Assembly (NCBI GenBank): GCA_963752925.1
Contig: CAVVZY010000011.1
Location: 123,184-187,183 of the forward strand
Reading direction: 5' to 3'
Length of the DNA: 64,000 nt
Source: an uncultured Acidobacteriota bacterium
Lineage (GTDB): Bacteria > Acidobacteriota > Terriglobia > Acidiferrales > UBA7541
The notes beneath the pieces are model-generated. The model was given only the letters and a program-made list of their open reading frames with translations, did not search any database and was not told the origin of the DNA. The position numbers and the translations under genes are program-made. Positions 1 through 9,137 of this stretch are shown here, one piece after another (the stretch's first letter is position 1; every line of letters begins with the position of its first letter).

Positions 1-620
1 ATGAATTTGAGGAACTTCGCTTCATCCGCGATGCCCAAGGACGCGCCTTCCCCCGGCAGCGCCATTCGCACCAGCGCGGAAGTGACTTTCGGAGGCGGGC
101 GAAAAGCGCCCGGCGGGATTTTCAGCGCGAGCTCGGGTCGCGCGTAGAACTGGCACGCGGCGGAAAGATATCCGTATTCGCGGCGCCCGGGGCGAGCCAC
201 GATTCGCGCGGCGACTTCGAATTGCATCATCACGTGAATCGAAAGGATCTGGTTCGCGCAGCCAAACAGCTGGTGGAGAATCGGCGAGGTGATGTAGTAG
301 GGCAGATTCCCGTAAACGCGGAATTTTCCGCCGGCCAATTTCGCGAGATCGAGCTCGAGGACGTCGCCTGCGACGATTTCAACGCCCGGCCATTCGTCGG
401 GCCGGGCGCGGACGGCTTCCTGCAAGTTTGCGGCAAGGCGCGGGTCGGCCTCGATGGCGATCACGCGACGGCCTTTTGCGGCGAGGAGACGGGTCATTTC
501 GCCGTGGCCGGCGCCGATCTCGATCCACAGGTCATCCGCGCCGAGCGGCAGAGTGTTCAGGATGCGTTTCTGCCAGCCCGGACCGCTGAGGAAATGCTGG
601 CCCAGTTTCTGTCGCGGCAT
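1..620 (-). CDS. rsmA: 16S rRNA dimethyladenosine transferase RsmA/KsgA; 3' end runs off the window
   Basis: Reverse-complement translation from the ATG at 620-618 reads MPRQKLGQHFLSGPGWQKRILNTLPLGADDLWIEIGAGHGEMTRLLA... and later ...KFRVYGNLPYYITSPI. These are the SAM-binding and NLPYYITS blocks typical of KsgA. It is absent from the ORF track because no stop codon lies inside the window. Confidence 0.85.
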   Translation of the reverse strand, partial: MPRQKLGQHFLSGPGWQKRILNTLPLGADDLWIEIGAGHGEMTRLLAAKGRRVIAIEADPRLAANLQEAVRARPDEWPGVEIVAGDVLELDLAKLAGGKFRVYGNLPYYITSPILHQLFGCANQILSIHVMMQFEVAARIVARPGRREYGYLSAACQFYARPELALKIPPGAFRPPPKVTSALVRMALPGEGASLGIADEAKFLKF

Positions 621-745
621 AGGGAGTCCGAGTGTAACAACGCACCACTGAGCGCGGTAGCAGTAACAAACTCAGTATGCGCCCCGGAGATTGGCTTGAC
701 GGATGCGGAGGCGTCCGTTACCGTTTTCATTCCGGCAAAAAAACC

Positions 746-2212
746 ATGAAAATTCTGTTCGTCGCCTCGGAAGGACTTCCGTACTCGAAGACCGGCGGGC
801 TCGCGGACGTCATCGAAGGCCTGCCCCGGGCGCTGCAGGCTGCAGGACACGAAGTGGTCGTCCTGTTGCCGCGCTATCACGGCAACAAGATCGCGTCCGT
901 GCTGGTTTCGAGCGTCAGCGTGGCGCTGGGCGACAAAATGCGGTTTCCGGCGATCGGCGAAGGCGCGCCGGTCAAGGGCGTGCGCTATTTCTTCGTGGAC
1001 GATCCCGCGTACTTCGATCGCGCGCAGCTCTACGGCGACAAGACCGGCGACTATCCTGACAACGCGGAGCGCTATGCCGAGTTTTCGCGCGTGGCGATCG
1101 AGTTCATGAAGCGCGTGTGGCTGCCGGACGTGGTTCATTGCCACGATTGGCAATCGGCGCTGGTACCGCTGCTGCTGCGGACGCAGCACGCGAACGATCC
1201 GGTGGTGCGGTCGCTGCCGGTGGTCTTGACGGTTCACAACCTGGGCTATCAGGGCCTGTTTCCTCCCGCAGCGATGAAGAGCATCGGACTGCCCGACACG
1301 CTTTACACCATGGACGCGCTCGAATTCTACGGCAAGGTCAACTTCCTGAAGGGCGGGCTGATCTTCGCGGACTTTCTGACCACGGTGAGCCGGCGCTATG
1401 CGAAGGAAATTCAGACTCCGGAATTCGGCTGCGGGCTTGAAGGAGTGATACGCAATCGCGCCGACCGGCTGGTGGGGATTTTGAATGGAGTGGACTACGG
1501 CGTCTGGAGTCCCGAAGCGGACCCGCTGATTGCGCAAAACTATTCGGTTCACAATCTCGACGGCAAGAAGGCCTGCAAGAAGGACCTTCTCGCGGCGTTC
1601 CGGCTGCCCGAGGAAAATATGGACCGGCCGCTGATCGGGATCGTCTCGAGATTCGTGGATCAGAAAGGCTTCGATCTGATCGCAGAGATTGCGGGCGACC
1701 TGGCAAAGGAGAATCTCGCCGTGGTCGCGCTCGGCGCCGGCCAGCCGGAATATGAAAAGCTCTTCAAAGGGCTTGCCGACAAATATTCGGCGCGCGTGAG
1801 CGTGAAAATCGGGTACGATAACACGCTCGCACACAAGATCGAGGCGGGGGCGGACATGTTCTTGATGCCGTCCCGTTACGAGCCGTGCGGGTTGAATCAG
1901 ATATACAGCCTGCGTTACGGCACCGTTCCAGTGGTGCGCGCAACGGGAGGGCTGGATGACACGATTCAGAATTTCGCAGTGAAGACTCAGCAGGGAACGG
2001 GTTTCAAGTTCGACGAGTACGACGGGGGAGCGCTGCTCGGATGCATTCGCGCGGCGCTGAAGGCGTACCGGGACCCGAAGGTGTGGCACACCATACAGGC
2101 GAACGGCATGGCCAAGGATTTTTCCTGGAAGGCCTCGGCGGCCGCTTATGTCACGCTGTATGAGGCCGCTAAGAGGGCTCGAATCCCGCGGGTTGCTGGA
2201 TCATCTAAATAG
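746..2212 (+). CDS. glgA: glycogen (starch) synthase, GT5
   Basis: Track ORF 677..2212. The internal ATG at 746 gives MKILFVASEGLPYSKTGGLADV (KTGGL motif). About 488 aa with full-length GlgA-like sequence (HCHDWQSALVP, SRFVDQKG, MPSRYEPCGL). Confidence 0.9.
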   Translation: MKILFVASEGLPYSKTGGLADVIEGLPRALQAAGHEVVVLLPRYHGNKIASVLVSSVSVALGDKMRFPAIGEGAPVKGVRYFFVDDPAYFDRAQLYGDKTGDYPDNAERYAEFSRVAIEFMKRVWLPDVVHCHDWQSALVPLLLRTQHANDPVVRSLPVVLTVHNLGYQGLFPPAAMKSIGLPDTLYTMDALEFYGKVNFLKGGLIFADFLTTVSRRYAKEIQTPEFGCGLEGVIRNRADRLVGILNGVDYGVWSPEADPLIAQNYSVHNLDGKKACKKDLLAAFRLPEENMDRPLIGIVSRFVDQKGFDLIAEIAGDLAKENLAVVALGAGQPEYEKLFKGLADKYSARVSVKIGYDNTLAHKIEAGADMFLMPSRYEPCGLNQIYSLRYGTVPVVRATGGLDDTIQNFAVKTQQGTGFKFDEYDGGALLGCIRAALKAYRDPKVWHTIQANGMAKDFSWKASAAAYVTLYEAAKRARIPRVAGSSK

Positions 2213-2260
2213 AGGCGCGTGGAACGGCTTTGTGCCGGGAACCCGCCACAAGAGGAAATC

Positions 2261-2596
2261 ATGTCAGACATTCTACAAGCCGTAACGGACGCGAGCTTTG
2301 AAGCGGACGTGATCGAAGCCAGCAAGACCCAGCCGGTGATGGTGGATTTTTGGGCCGATTGGTGCCGCCCGTGCCACATGCTGACGCCCACGGTCGAAGA
2401 GATCGCGCGGGAACAAGCCGGCAAGCTCAAGGTCGTGAAGCTCAACGTGGATGAGAATATGAACGTGGCTGGAAAATTCAGCATCCGCGGCATCCCCACG
2501 CTGCTGGTTTTCAAGGGCGGGCAGGTGGCTGACCAGATCGTCGGCGCGCAATCGAAAGAGCAGATCACCAAGATCATCGAGCGCCACACTTCCTAG
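2261..2596 (+). CDS. trxA: thioredoxin with variant WCRPC active site
   Basis: ATG at 2261 follows AGAGGA. Reads MSDILQAVTDASFEADV...VMVDFWADWCRPCHMLTP...IRGIPTLLVFKGG, a classic thioredoxin fold signature with Arg in place of the usual Gly. Confidence 0.9.
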   Translation: MSDILQAVTDASFEADVIEASKTQPVMVDFWADWCRPCHMLTPTVEEIAREQAGKLKVVKLNVDENMNVAGKFSIRGIPTLLVFKGGQVADQIVGAQSKEQITKIIERHTS

Positions 2597-2694
2597 GCGC
2601 GACCTCGCTCGAATTGGATATCGAATTCGCGGCTTTTCGTACGGGCCGGCGACTGGGTGGCGCGCCCAATCGGTGCAACAAGGGGGCAGTTGCT

Positions 2695-2907
2695 GTGAAC
2701 ACCGGCGAGCCCAACGCGCCATCGGCCGCAACGACCGCGGGACCGAAGACGTGCCCTGTGTGCGGCACGAACTTCGGGTGCATGGCCGGACAGGGAACCT
2801 GCTGGTGCGCGGAGGTGAAGCTCAGCAGCGAGGCGACCGCCAGTCTGCGAGCGCGCTTCGCGGATTGCCTGTGCCCGCGCTGCCTGTCCCTTGCGGCCGG
2901 ACGCTAG
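2695..2907 (+). CDS. small cysteine-rich CWC-type protein
   Basis: In-frame GTG at 2695, about 7 nt after AAGGGGG. Reads ...KTCPVCGTNFGCMAGQGTCWCAEVKL...CLCPRCL, resembling the Cys-rich CWC family. The start codon is uncertain. Confidence 0.55.
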   Translation: MNTGEPNAPSAATTAGPKTCPVCGTNFGCMAGQGTCWCAEVKLSSEATASLRARFADCLCPRCLSLAAGR

Positions 2908-2977
2908 TTCCGGCAAGAGGGCGCAAACAACCCTCCGAAGATCCTCCAAGCTAGCTGGGCAGAGACGCATCCTCACC

Positions 2978-3568
2978 GTGAATCACCTCCTCAGCGACGG
3001 CCGGCGGCGGTGCCATTGGGCGCGAAGCCCGTTGATGATCGAGTACCACGATACGGAGTGGGGCGTGCCGCTGCACGATGATCGCGGCCTGTTTGAATTC
3101 TTGATTCTCGAGGGCGCGCAGGCCGGGCTCAGCTGGGAAACGATTCTCCGCAAGCGCGAGAATTATCAGCGGGCTTTCGACCGGTTCGATGCCGCGAAAA
3201 TCGCCCGGTTCGATGAACGCAAAGTTCGCAAGCTGCTTGCCGATGCGGGGATTGTTCGCAATCGGCTGAAGATTACGTCGGCGGTAACGAATGCCCGGGC
3301 ATTCCTCGCCGTTCAGTCGGAGTTCGGCAGCTTCGACCGCTACGTCTGGTTCTTTGTGGGCGGTAAGCCGAAGAAGAATTCCTGGCGGAAATCGTGGCAA
3401 GTCCCGTGCCGCTCATCGGAGTCGGATGCCCTGAGCAAGGACCTGAAGAAGCGCGGATTTCGATTCGTCGGCTCCACGATCTGCTACGCCTTCATGCAGG
3501 CTACCGGGATGGTGAACGACCACGCTGCGGACTGCTTCCGGCGCAACCAAGCTCGATCTGCAAGGTAG
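2978..3568 (+). CDS. tag: DNA-3-methyladenine glycosylase I
   Basis: Contains RRRCHWARSPLMIEYHDTEWGVPLHDDRGLFEFLILEGAQAGLSW and ICYAFMQATGMVNDH, the Tag hallmark blocks. GTG at 2978 chosen so that the Zn-binding C-H-W segment is included. Confidence 0.85.
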   Translation: MNHLLSDGRRRCHWARSPLMIEYHDTEWGVPLHDDRGLFEFLILEGAQAGLSWETILRKRENYQRAFDRFDAAKIARFDERKVRKLLADAGIVRNRLKITSAVTNARAFLAVQSEFGSFDRYVWFFVGGKPKKNSWRKSWQVPCRSSESDALSKDLKKRGFRFVGSTICYAFMQATGMVNDHAADCFRRNQARSAR

Positions 3569-3599
3569 CTCGTTTCCAATGCTGCGTTTGCGGCCGAAC

Positions 3600-4116
3600 T
3601 GGGTTGGCTGTCTGCTTGCCCGGCGAGTTGTTCTTACACGGACCAGTGCTCGTCGTTGCGAACGAAGATGCTGTGCGGTTTCGGTAAAAGCTGAGAGGAA
3701 CGCTGTAGCGGCGCAACAAGCGGCGGAGCAGGCGGAAATAGCCGCGGGCGTCTTCGGTGGGGAAAAACTCGGTGAGCAGGACTTTGCGGGTGGCGTCGTC
3801 TAGGAAGATGAGCAGGGTGAACTAAGGGGTTGCGATCTTACAGTTAGCGGTGGAGGTTGGTGTAGAGCAGAAGCATCTCGCTATCGCGAGCGAGGGTGAG
3901 AAGGCGCTGACGATGAGAGGGGGTAAGACGCTTGCGGGGTGAGCGGAGACGTTGCTGCGCAGCAGGCGACGCAGGGTCTCGAGGCAGAGGGAGAGGCCTT
4001 CGACCTCGCGAAGCTTTTCGCAGAGATGATGGTCGTTGAAGCCGGCGTAGCGAGGTGAGTGCCAGATCGAGGATGCGAGCGAGATCCCACTTGACAACCG
4101 GAGAGGGAGCCGCCAT
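3600..4116 (-). pseudogene. degraded transposase/integrase remnant (ISNCY/IS481-like by eye)
   Basis: Consecutive pieces lie in three minus-strand frames: YAGFNDHHLCEKLREVEGLSLCLETLRRLLR (HTH part), PRKRLTPSHRQR, then after the stop codon at 3822-3824 FTLLIFLDDATRKVLLTEFFPTEDARGYFRLLRRLLRRYSVPLSFY (start of a DDE core). The core breaks off about 50 aa later next to the tag stop. Confidence 0.55.
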
Positions 4117-4180
4117 GTTAGTTAACTTTACTCTTGGGGCGGGTTCGCTCCGGGGGGCTTGCGCGTAACGGGAGAGCGAC

Positions 4181-5134
4181 TTGAAGGTTCGTGTCTGTTT
4201 CCACGACAGGTGTTTCGACGGGGCCGCGTCCGCGGCGATTTTTTCCCGCTTTTACCACGAGCGCATCAACCCGAGCGCCGAATTCCTCTACACCGGGATG
4301 ACCCACAAGGCGTCGGCGCCGTTCGAGGACGGCACCTTCGACGGCGACGAAAATGCGATCGTGGATTTCAAATATTCGAGCTCACCCGCCCTGACATGGT
4401 GGTTCGATCATCATCAAAGCGCTTTCCTGAAACCGGAGGACGCCGAGCATTTCCGGCACGATCGTTCGGGTAAGAAGTTCTACGATCCCACATACAAGTC
4501 CTGCACGAAATTCTTGGCCGACATCGCATCGGAAAAGTTCGGATTCGACGCCAAGCCCCTCGCAGAATTGATCAAATGGGGCGACATCATTGACGGCGCG
4601 CAGTTCGCTTCACCCGAGGAAGCTGTGGGTCTCACCGAGCCGGCCACGCAGCTCGCGCTGGTGATCGAAGGCGCGCCGGAGCCATACCTGGTTCCCCGGC
4701 TGATTCCGGACCTCGCGGAACTTCCGCTGGCCGAGATCGTGCAGTTGCCGCTGGTGAAGAAACACCTGGGTCCGTTGCTCGAGCGGCATCGGCGGACCAT
4801 TGAAATCTTGCGGGAGCGGGCGGACTTTCGCGGCGGCGTGTTCTATTTCGACGTGAGCGATCTCGATCTTGAAGGCTACAACAAGTTCGTGCCGTATTTC
4901 CTGTATCCGGACGCGGTCTATTCCGTGGGGGTGAGTTCGTCTCCTGCGCGCGCAAAGGTTTCCGTGGGCACGAGCCCCTGGAAGGACATTCCTCCCGACG
5001 TCAATCTCGCGTCGCTATGCGAGAAATACGGCGGCGGGGGGCATGCCCGCGTGGCCGCCATCTCGCTGGGACCCGGCGACCTGATCCGAGCGCGGCAGGT
5101 GGCGAAGGAGATTGCCGCTACGTTGCGCCGATGA
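4181..5134 (+). CDS. DHH/DHHA1 family phosphoesterase
   Basis: TTG start. Motifs HDRCFDGAAS, WWFDHHQS (DHH) and the C-terminal GGGHARVAA (DHHA1). Confidence 0.75.
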   Translation: MKVRVCFHDRCFDGAASAAIFSRFYHERINPSAEFLYTGMTHKASAPFEDGTFDGDENAIVDFKYSSSPALTWWFDHHQSAFLKPEDAEHFRHDRSGKKFYDPTYKSCTKFLADIASEKFGFDAKPLAELIKWGDIIDGAQFASPEEAVGLTEPATQLALVIEGAPEPYLVPRLIPDLAELPLAEIVQLPLVKKHLGPLLERHRRTIEILRERADFRGGVFYFDVSDLDLEGYNKFVPYFLYPDAVYSVGVSSSPARAKVSVGTSPWKDIPPDVNLASLCEKYGGGGHARVAAISLGPGDLIRARQVAKEIAATLRR

Positions 5135-5201
5135 TCGCGGTTCGAATGGTTTCCCGCCGCGTTGGGAACGATATTCCGCCGTGTTAGAATGAAACTTTGC
5201 T

Positions 5202-5276
<75 letters not shown>

Positions 5277-5746
5277 CTTCTTTCCGATAGCTTACAGGTA
5301 GTTCACGCCTTCTACGTTTTGGGCCGTTTGGCGAATAGGGTGGCGGTCACCTAACGCCGAATTCTCCGTCGTGGTAGGGCGTGGGACATTCGATGAAATG
5401 GGGCGCCCACACTTACAACCCAAAGGGTGGGGACCCCTCCGGCGTGGATTGGGGTCCGCCGGTTGGCCGGCGAATCGTGCTCGCTGGTTTTCGTACCCTC
5501 CCAGTGCCGCCCCAGAGCGCAACGATCACCATTCCGATGTCCGCCAGGTTGATGTCGGTCGGCGGACTCGAAAAGTCCGGCTCGTGCTCTGCCGGCCTAC
5601 TTTCCCGTTTCGCACGAATGGAGTCGGGCCGCTCGAGAACGTGACGGAGGTCACAGACTGGCCGATTGAGCCCAATTATGGTTCAGTCGATGTCGTGCCT
5701 GGCAGGCGCTCATCGTTTTGGCTCCCTGGCACGGGGAGGTGATGGC

Positions 5747-5905
5747 ATGACCTTGGTGGAGAAACCCATTCTTCGGAAGCAGCATGCACGCGAGGTTTGC
5801 AATGTTTGCGGACATCCCTCGAAGGATACGATCTGCGAAGCTTGCGCGAACAAAGTCCGGTCCGAGGCGCTGGCCGCAAAGAAACATGAAGAGAAAGGCA
5901 ACTGA
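5747..5905 (+). CDS. 52-aa zinc-ribbon-like hypothetical protein
   Basis: ATG about 8 nt after GGGGAGG. Reads MTLVEKPILRKQHAREVCNVCGHPSKDTICEACANKV..., with two CxxC pairs. Confidence 0.45.
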   Translation: MTLVEKPILRKQHAREVCNVCGHPSKDTICEACANKVRSEALAAKKHEEKGN

Positions 5906-6019
5906 CCTCGAAAGAGAGTACGCTATCGGGGAGGCTGGTCCAGGAGCGGAACCGTTTCGTATCGGAGAGCGCCGCAACTTGGCAGTAATGAGATCGAGGC
6001 AGGTTCTTGGGGGAAGGTC

Positions 6020-6442
6020 GTGGCCATGCGGCTCGTCGTGCTACCTATTGCTCTGATGTTATTTGCTTGTGTTAGCCTCGCTGGTCCGGCAGTGGACGAA
6101 ACACAGCTCCCGCCAACCTACATGCCCACGGGCCAACAGATGTATAAGCAATACTGCGCTGTTTGCCACGGTGCGGACGCCAAGGGCCAGGGCCCCCTAG
6201 GTGCTTTACTGAAGACGCCTCCACCCGACCTGACCACGCTTGCGAAGCGTCATCTAGGCAAGTTCCCGTACGAGTACGTTTCGAACCTCCTCCAATTTGG
6301 GCCCGGCCCCACTGCTCACGGAACTTCGGACATGCCTACGTGGGGCCCCATCTTCCGATACTACGACAATCAAAATGAGAGGATTGTCCAGAAACGCATC
6401 AAGAACCTCTGTGCTTTCCTGGCTTCTCTGCAGGAGAAATAG
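6020..6442 (+). CDS. monohaem c-type cytochrome, secreted
   Basis: Signal peptide MAMRLVVLPIALMLFACVSLAG, haem motif CAVCHG, distal MPTWG. Confidence 0.8.
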   Translation: MAMRLVVLPIALMLFACVSLAGPAVDETQLPPTYMPTGQQMYKQYCAVCHGADAKGQGPLGALLKTPPPDLTTLAKRHLGKFPYEYVSNLLQFGPGPTAHGTSDMPTWGPIFRYYDNQNERIVQKRIKNLCAFLASLQEK

Positions 6443-6602
6443 GCGTCCACGGCCGCAGTGGACAGCGAGTGGTGTCCCACGGAGTGCTTCTCGACTTCCG
6501 AATTGGTGATGCGGATCACAGACGAGAGTCGTGGTCATCACATCGCGAACAGTTGCGGCCGTCTAACATCCCCTGTTGGGTGATAGATCGAAGGAGGCTG
6601 CC

Positions 6603-6689
6603 ATGGTTCGCACAGATTATGCGTTCGTGGTTTTGCTGACTATCGCGCTGTTTTTGGTCAAGTGGGAAGTTGGGCATTGGAGACACTGA
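6603..6689 (+). CDS. candidate 28-aa hydrophobic micro-protein
   Basis: ATG 7 nt after GAAGGAGG. Reads MVRTDYAFVVLLTIALFLVKWEVGHWRH, one predicted TM helix. It lies between two cytochrome c genes and is below the ORF-track length cut-off. Confidence 0.3.
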   Translation: MVRTDYAFVVLLTIALFLVKWEVGHWRH

Positions 6690-6768
6690 GAATCTGGAGC
6701 GGTTGATGCGGGGCGAGCGCGGTTCCCGCGTGAGAGACGCGCGGCAAGATTCCGAGGGAGTTGCCGAA

Positions 6769-7233
6769 ATGCTTAGACCAAGTCACCTGTGCCTGAGGTT
6801 TTTTGCCAGCCTGTCGTTTGTGGGTCTAATGTGTCTAGGTGGAGGGCTAGCATGGGGAGCCGGCAATGACTCACGGCAGCCCTGGAGGGCGCCGAAATCC
6901 GATCGCGAGTTGAGGAATCCAGTGGCCGTATCGTCGCAGGGAATGAGTGCCGCGGCGAAGTTTTACAAGCAGAACTGCGTGGCATGTCACGGCAAATCGG
7001 GCGACAGCAATGGCCCGGCGGCAGGCTCGCTGTCTCAGAAACCTGCAAACCTTACCGACGAGAAACTGATGAGAAGGGCGACGGATGGCGAATTGTTCTG
7101 GAAGATTAACACCGGTCGCGCACCGATGCCGTCATGGCGGGGGAGATTGTCGGAGACGGAGTGCTGGCAACTGGTGAACTATTTGCGCATGCTGGCCATG
7201 CGTGCACAGTACAGATACCTGGGATCCGCATAG
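6769..7233 (+). CDS. monohaem c-type cytochrome, secreted
   Basis: ATG at 6769 after GAGGGAG. Signal-like MLRPSHLCLRFFASLSFVGLMCLGGGLAWG, haem motif CVACHG, then APMPSW. Confidence 0.8.
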   Translation: MLRPSHLCLRFFASLSFVGLMCLGGGLAWGAGNDSRQPWRAPKSDRELRNPVAVSSQGMSAAAKFYKQNCVACHGKSGDSNGPAAGSLSQKPANLTDEKLMRRATDGELFWKINTGRAPMPSWRGRLSETECWQLVNYLRMLAMRAQYRYLGSA

Positions 7234-7273
7234 GGAAACAATCAGCTGTCCACCGAGATTGGGGCGCGACGAC

Positions 7274-8110
7274 ATGATGAGACCACGATACCGAAGTTTC
7301 AGAATCGCAATTCCAGCGTTACTGGGTTTCGGATTCATCTGCGCTCCTTTGGCGGCGGGTGCCGCAAAATCGCAAGGGGGTCAGCAGTCCGATCAGCAGT
7401 TTCAACAGCTGATTCGTTCGGTTGGCGGGCCAGACCTGTTTCATGCCTACTGCGCTTCTTGCCACGGTTCCGATGCCAAAGGGCACGGTCCGGCAGCGGC
7501 GGCTCTGAAGACCAAGGTCCCCGATCTCACCGCTTTGGCGAGCAATAACAAAGGCCGATTTCCCGAGGCTATAGTGCGGAAGACGATCATGGGCGACGAT
7601 GTGTTGGCCGCTCACGGCTCTCGCGAAATGCCGATCTGGGGTCCGATTTTTCACCAAATTGAGGCTGATGTGGACAGGGGAAACGTGAGGTTGGAGAATC
7701 TGGTGAAGTATTTGGAATCGATTCAGTCAAAGCCTCTTTCCGCCATGCAAGCGACGCGCGTCGACACCGCGCCGGTCGCGACCGCAACTTCTCCATCCGG
7801 CGCGAAACTGTTCCAACAGCATTGCGCGGCGTGCCATGGAAACGATCTGAAGGGAAATGGCCCGGCGCCTCCGCCATTTAAGGAGTGGTCACCCGACCTG
7901 ACCACATTGGCGCGACGTCACGGAGGTCAATTTCCCGAGGCATATGTCGCGAACGTGCTTCGAATCGGCGTGAAGATACCCGAGCACGGTCCCGCGGAAA
8001 TGCCGATCTGGGGGATGACATTCAAAGAATCGGAAAAACTGAGTGACGCGCAAATCACGGCGCGTATCGAGGAACTGATTAAGTACATCAAGCTAAATCA
8101 GGCCAAGTAA
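7274..8110 (+). CDS. dihaem c-type cytochrome, secreted
   Basis: Signal MMRPRYRSFRIAIPALLGFGFICAPLAAGA. Two CxxCH motifs (CASCHG, CAACHG), each followed by a PDLT.LA...G.FPE...MPIWG module. Confidence 0.85.
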   Translation: MMRPRYRSFRIAIPALLGFGFICAPLAAGAAKSQGGQQSDQQFQQLIRSVGGPDLFHAYCASCHGSDAKGHGPAAAALKTKVPDLTALASNNKGRFPEAIVRKTIMGDDVLAAHGSREMPIWGPIFHQIEADVDRGNVRLENLVKYLESIQSKPLSAMQATRVDTAPVATATSPSGAKLFQQHCAACHGNDLKGNGPAPPPFKEWSPDLTTLARRHGGQFPEAYVANVLRIGVKIPEHGPAEMPIWGMTFKESEKLSDAQITARIEELIKYIKLNQAK

Positions 8111-8224
8111 CGCAGCGCTCTGAAATGGGCGATTTCGGGAGCTGCAGTGTTTTCAGTAATCCAATCTCCTAAAGTCCGCAATGGGGGCGTCCAATGCAAC
8201 CTTCGCCCGGTTCCGTCACTCGAG

Positions 8225-9070
8225 ATGTTTGACTTATGCCATCCGCGCTCGAAGTCTCGCGTCAAATTAGGAATCCTTCTCACTATGGCCGTCGCTTGGG
8301 GCGTGGCGGCTCATGCGCAACAGAATTCGTACGCTCCCCCGCAGCCTGCAGTTACAGCGGCGCCTTTGCCGGAAGTGCCGGAACAGAAATCGGTGCCTCC
8401 CTGCGTTCAGCCTCCGCCCGTGGTGCGCTGGCAGGACTATCAAGGGCCGCTTGAGAAAGTCGTAGGAGTCTTTGCGCGAAGACTGGAACGGAAGGCCGTG
8501 CATCCGCCCCAGTACAAACCTGGCGTGTTTCTCTGTTCTCTTTCCCTGCAGGAAAAGTTCATCTTGTTTGCGGAGGATACATTCGATCCGGTGACATTTC
8601 TCAGCGTCGGTTTCAATGCGGGCCTTGATCAAGCGCAGAATACAGACAAACAATTCGGCCAAGGCGCGGCGGGTTATGGCAAGAGATTTGGCGCCGATTT
8701 CGTGGATCAGGCGTCGTCCGAATTCTTCAAGGACGTGATGTACTCAACGATGTTTCAGGAAGATCCGCGCTACTACAGGATGGCCCATGGCAGCGGCGAA
8801 AAGCGGCTTATCCATGCGTTGGAGCACTCGTTCGTGGCGCGGCGAGAGAACGGCGCGAATATGTTCAATTTCCCCGAATGGCTGGGAACAACCAGCGCCG
8901 TCGCTCTCGGCGATGTTTATCACCCGGGAGCGGAGCAGGGCGTCGGTCCGGCGGCGCAGCGCGTAGGTATAAGTATCGCGCAGGATGCCGGCTTCGACGT
9001 TCTGCGTGAGTTCTGGCCGGAGATAGCCCGCAAGTTCAAACTGCCCTTCCGCGATCAGCACGAGCCATAG
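8225..9070 (+). CDS. secreted hypothetical protein
   Basis: Track ORF 8147..9070. The ATG at 8225 gives MFDLCHPRSKSRVKLGILLTMAVAWGVAAHAQQ (signal peptide). No domain recognised. Confidence 0.6.
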   Translation: MFDLCHPRSKSRVKLGILLTMAVAWGVAAHAQQNSYAPPQPAVTAAPLPEVPEQKSVPPCVQPPPVVRWQDYQGPLEKVVGVFARRLERKAVHPPQYKPGVFLCSLSLQEKFILFAEDTFDPVTFLSVGFNAGLDQAQNTDKQFGQGAAGYGKRFGADFVDQASSEFFKDVMYSTMFQEDPRYYRMAHGSGEKRLIHALEHSFVARRENGANMFNFPEWLGTTSAVALGDVYHPGAEQGVGPAAQRVGISIAQDAGFDVLREFWPEIARKFKLPFRDQHEP

Positions 9071-9137
9071 GGCCGCTCTCCCGCGCGGCCGTACTAAGAA
9101 CAGCGAGAAATCCGCGGAAGCCGCATGCTAAGCAAGG

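Noticed and set aside
557-2089. 510-aa minus-strand ORF covering glgA
   Set aside because: It is antisense to a clearly recognisable glycogen synthase. The Arg/His-rich composition is typical of shadow ORFs in high-GC DNA.
2606-2630. Imperfect 20-bp palindrome CGAATTGGATATCGAATTCG just after the trxA stop
   Set aside because: Short AT-rich arms with two mismatches and no following T-tract. Not convincing as a terminator or operator.
5277-5746. Looked for an integrase or att repeat directly downstream of tRNA-Lys
   Set aside because: All six frames give non-protein-like sequence, and I could not spot a copy of the tRNA 3' end by eye. The region is kept only as context for the cytochrome-islet finding.
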